Positions 63,101-64,000 of a DNA stretch of 64,000 nucleotides are shown here, in pieces. Source of the stretch: Eledone cirrhosa (Eukaryota); the NCBI GenBank assembly GCA_964016885.1, contig OZ024742.1, positions 166,532,001 through 166,596,000 on the forward strand, read 5' to 3'. Below the pieces are notes generated by a model. The model worked only from the letters and a program-made list of their open reading frames with translations, had not been told where the DNA came from and searched no databases. The position numbers were made by a program, and so were the translations under genes. Numbering within the stretch: the stretch's first letter is position 1; every line of letters starts with the position of its first letter.

Positions 63101-64000
63101 AGGGGGAGATAATTTGTAAAAAAAATCAAGGGGAGATAATTTGTAAAAAAAATCAGGGGGAGATAATTTGTAAAAAAAAATCAGGGGGAGATAATTTGTA
63201 AAAAAAATCAAGGGGAGATAATTTCCAGCCGTCCAAGGGGAGATAATTTTCAGCCGTCCAAGGGGAGATAATTTCCCGCCAGCCAAGGGAAGATAATATT
63301 TAAAAAAATCAGGCGGAGATAATTTGTAAAAAAAATCAGGGGGAGATAGTTTGTAAAAAAATCAGGGGGAGATAATTTGTAAAAAAAAATCAGGGGGAGA
63401 TTTGTAAAAAAAATAAGGGGGAGATAATTTGTAAAAAAAAATCAGGGGTAGATAATTTGTAAAAAAAAATCAGGGGTAGATAATTTGTAAAAAAAAATCG
63501 GGGAGATAATTTGTAAAAAAAATCAATTGGAGATAATTTCCAGCCGTCCAAGGGGAGATAATTTTCAGCCGTCCAAGGAGAGGTAATTTCTAGACGTCCA
63601 AGGGGAGATAATTTCCAGCCGTCCAATGGGAGATAATTTCCAGCCGTCCAAGGGGAGATAATTTTTAAAAAAAAATCAGGCGGAGATAATTTGTAAAAAA
63701 AATCAAAGGGAGATAATTTCCAGCCGTCCAAAGAGAGATAATTTGCAGCCGTCCAAGGGGAGATAATTTTCAGTCGTCCAAGGAGAGGTAATTTCTAGCC
63801 GTCCAAGGGGAGATAATTTCCAGCCGTCCAAGGGGAGATAATTTCCAGCCGTCCAAGGGGAGATAATATTTTTAAAAAAATCAGGCGGAGATAATTTGTA
63901 AAACAAATCAGGGGGAGATAATTTGTAAAAAAAAATCAGGGGGAGATAATTTGTAAAAAAAAATCAGGGGGAGATAATTTGTAAAAAAAATCAAGGAGAG
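43547..64000 (+). repeat. Macro-repeat copy 2 (partial); period ~43.55 kb
   Basis: Same offsets as copy 1. Rare variants are shared, e.g. gtgcagata 3497/47044, caatgaaaga 2303/45850, ccggccgtcc 11540/55113, gataatgtcc 13605/57178. Confidence 0.96.

Larger units (their letters stand above)
1..64000 (+). repeat. Composite two-monomer tandem satellite array (25-bp type A plus 26-29-bp type B), single orientation, extending beyond both window edges
   Basis: Seen directly: GGAGATAATTT or a close variant recurs every ~21-29 bp from base 1 to 64000. I saw no inverted segment and no non-repeat insert. Confidence 0.99.

Noticed and set aside
404-63906. All minus-strand ORFs (60-237 aa; motifs such as LSPLGRLEIISPWTAGNYLPLDGWK and FFYKLSPPD)
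   Set aside because: They are translations of the satellite. The 25-bp unit cycles through all frames, so the same peptide appears in overlapping frames; A-tract length changes shift frame freely; and most starts are alternative codons. The + strand lacks ORFs only because each core contains TAA. There is no sign of frame preservation.
1-64000. CRISPR array (constant core plus variable intervening sequence)
   Set aside because: The core is only ~13 bp, the intervening parts are two recurring 12-16-bp tails rather than unique spacers, and there is no leader or cas gene.
1-64000. Telomeric repeat array
   Set aside because: It is G-rich on one strand, but two monomer classes, fixed cassettes and kb-scale higher-order duplications do not fit single-template telomerase synthesis. 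A subtelomeric or telomerase-independent terminal satellite cannot be excluded.
1-64000. Shine-Dalgarno-like GGAG, -10-like GATAAT/TATAAT, and terminator-like T-runs
   Set aside because: These are incidental parts of the monomer, with no downstream genes and no GC stem-loops before the T-runs.
1-64000. Pure sequencing or assembly noise, or a synthetic construct
   Set aside because: Rare variants and homopolymer lengths are reproduced between distant copies at several levels of divergence, as expected for a naturally evolved array. Only the copy numbers of the largest duplications remain unverified.
1-64000. Assignment as a functional centromere, or to a named satellite family
   Set aside because: I recognise no CENP-B box or known monomer, and centromere function cannot be inferred from sequence alone.

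Overview
The whole 64 kb window is one uninterrupted, head-to-tail satellite DNA array of roughly 2,400-2,500 monomers (estimated as 64,000/~26 bp). I see no credible gene, RNA gene, transposon or unique sequence. Two monomer classes share the core GGGGAGATAATTT: type A (25 bp, GGGGAGATAATTTCCAGCCGTCCAA) and type B (26-29 bp, GGGGGAGATAATTTGT-A7-10-TCA). They alternate in blocks of about 1-10 monomers. Above the monomer level there is a layered hierarchy: fixed junction monomers; a few stereotyped multi-monomer cassettes reused in shuffled order; conserved poly-A length patterns; kb-scale duplications (~0.82 kb, a near-perfect 4,591 bp tandem pair, a ~6.73 kb offset, and 3-4 kb dispersed copies); and a ~43.55 kb macro-repeat (1-20427 recurs at 43547-64000). 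All listed ORFs are translations of the repeat's minus strand and are rejected. The architecture resembles a eukaryotic centromeric, pericentromeric or subtelomeric satellite, but organism, family and function cannot be determined from this sequence.
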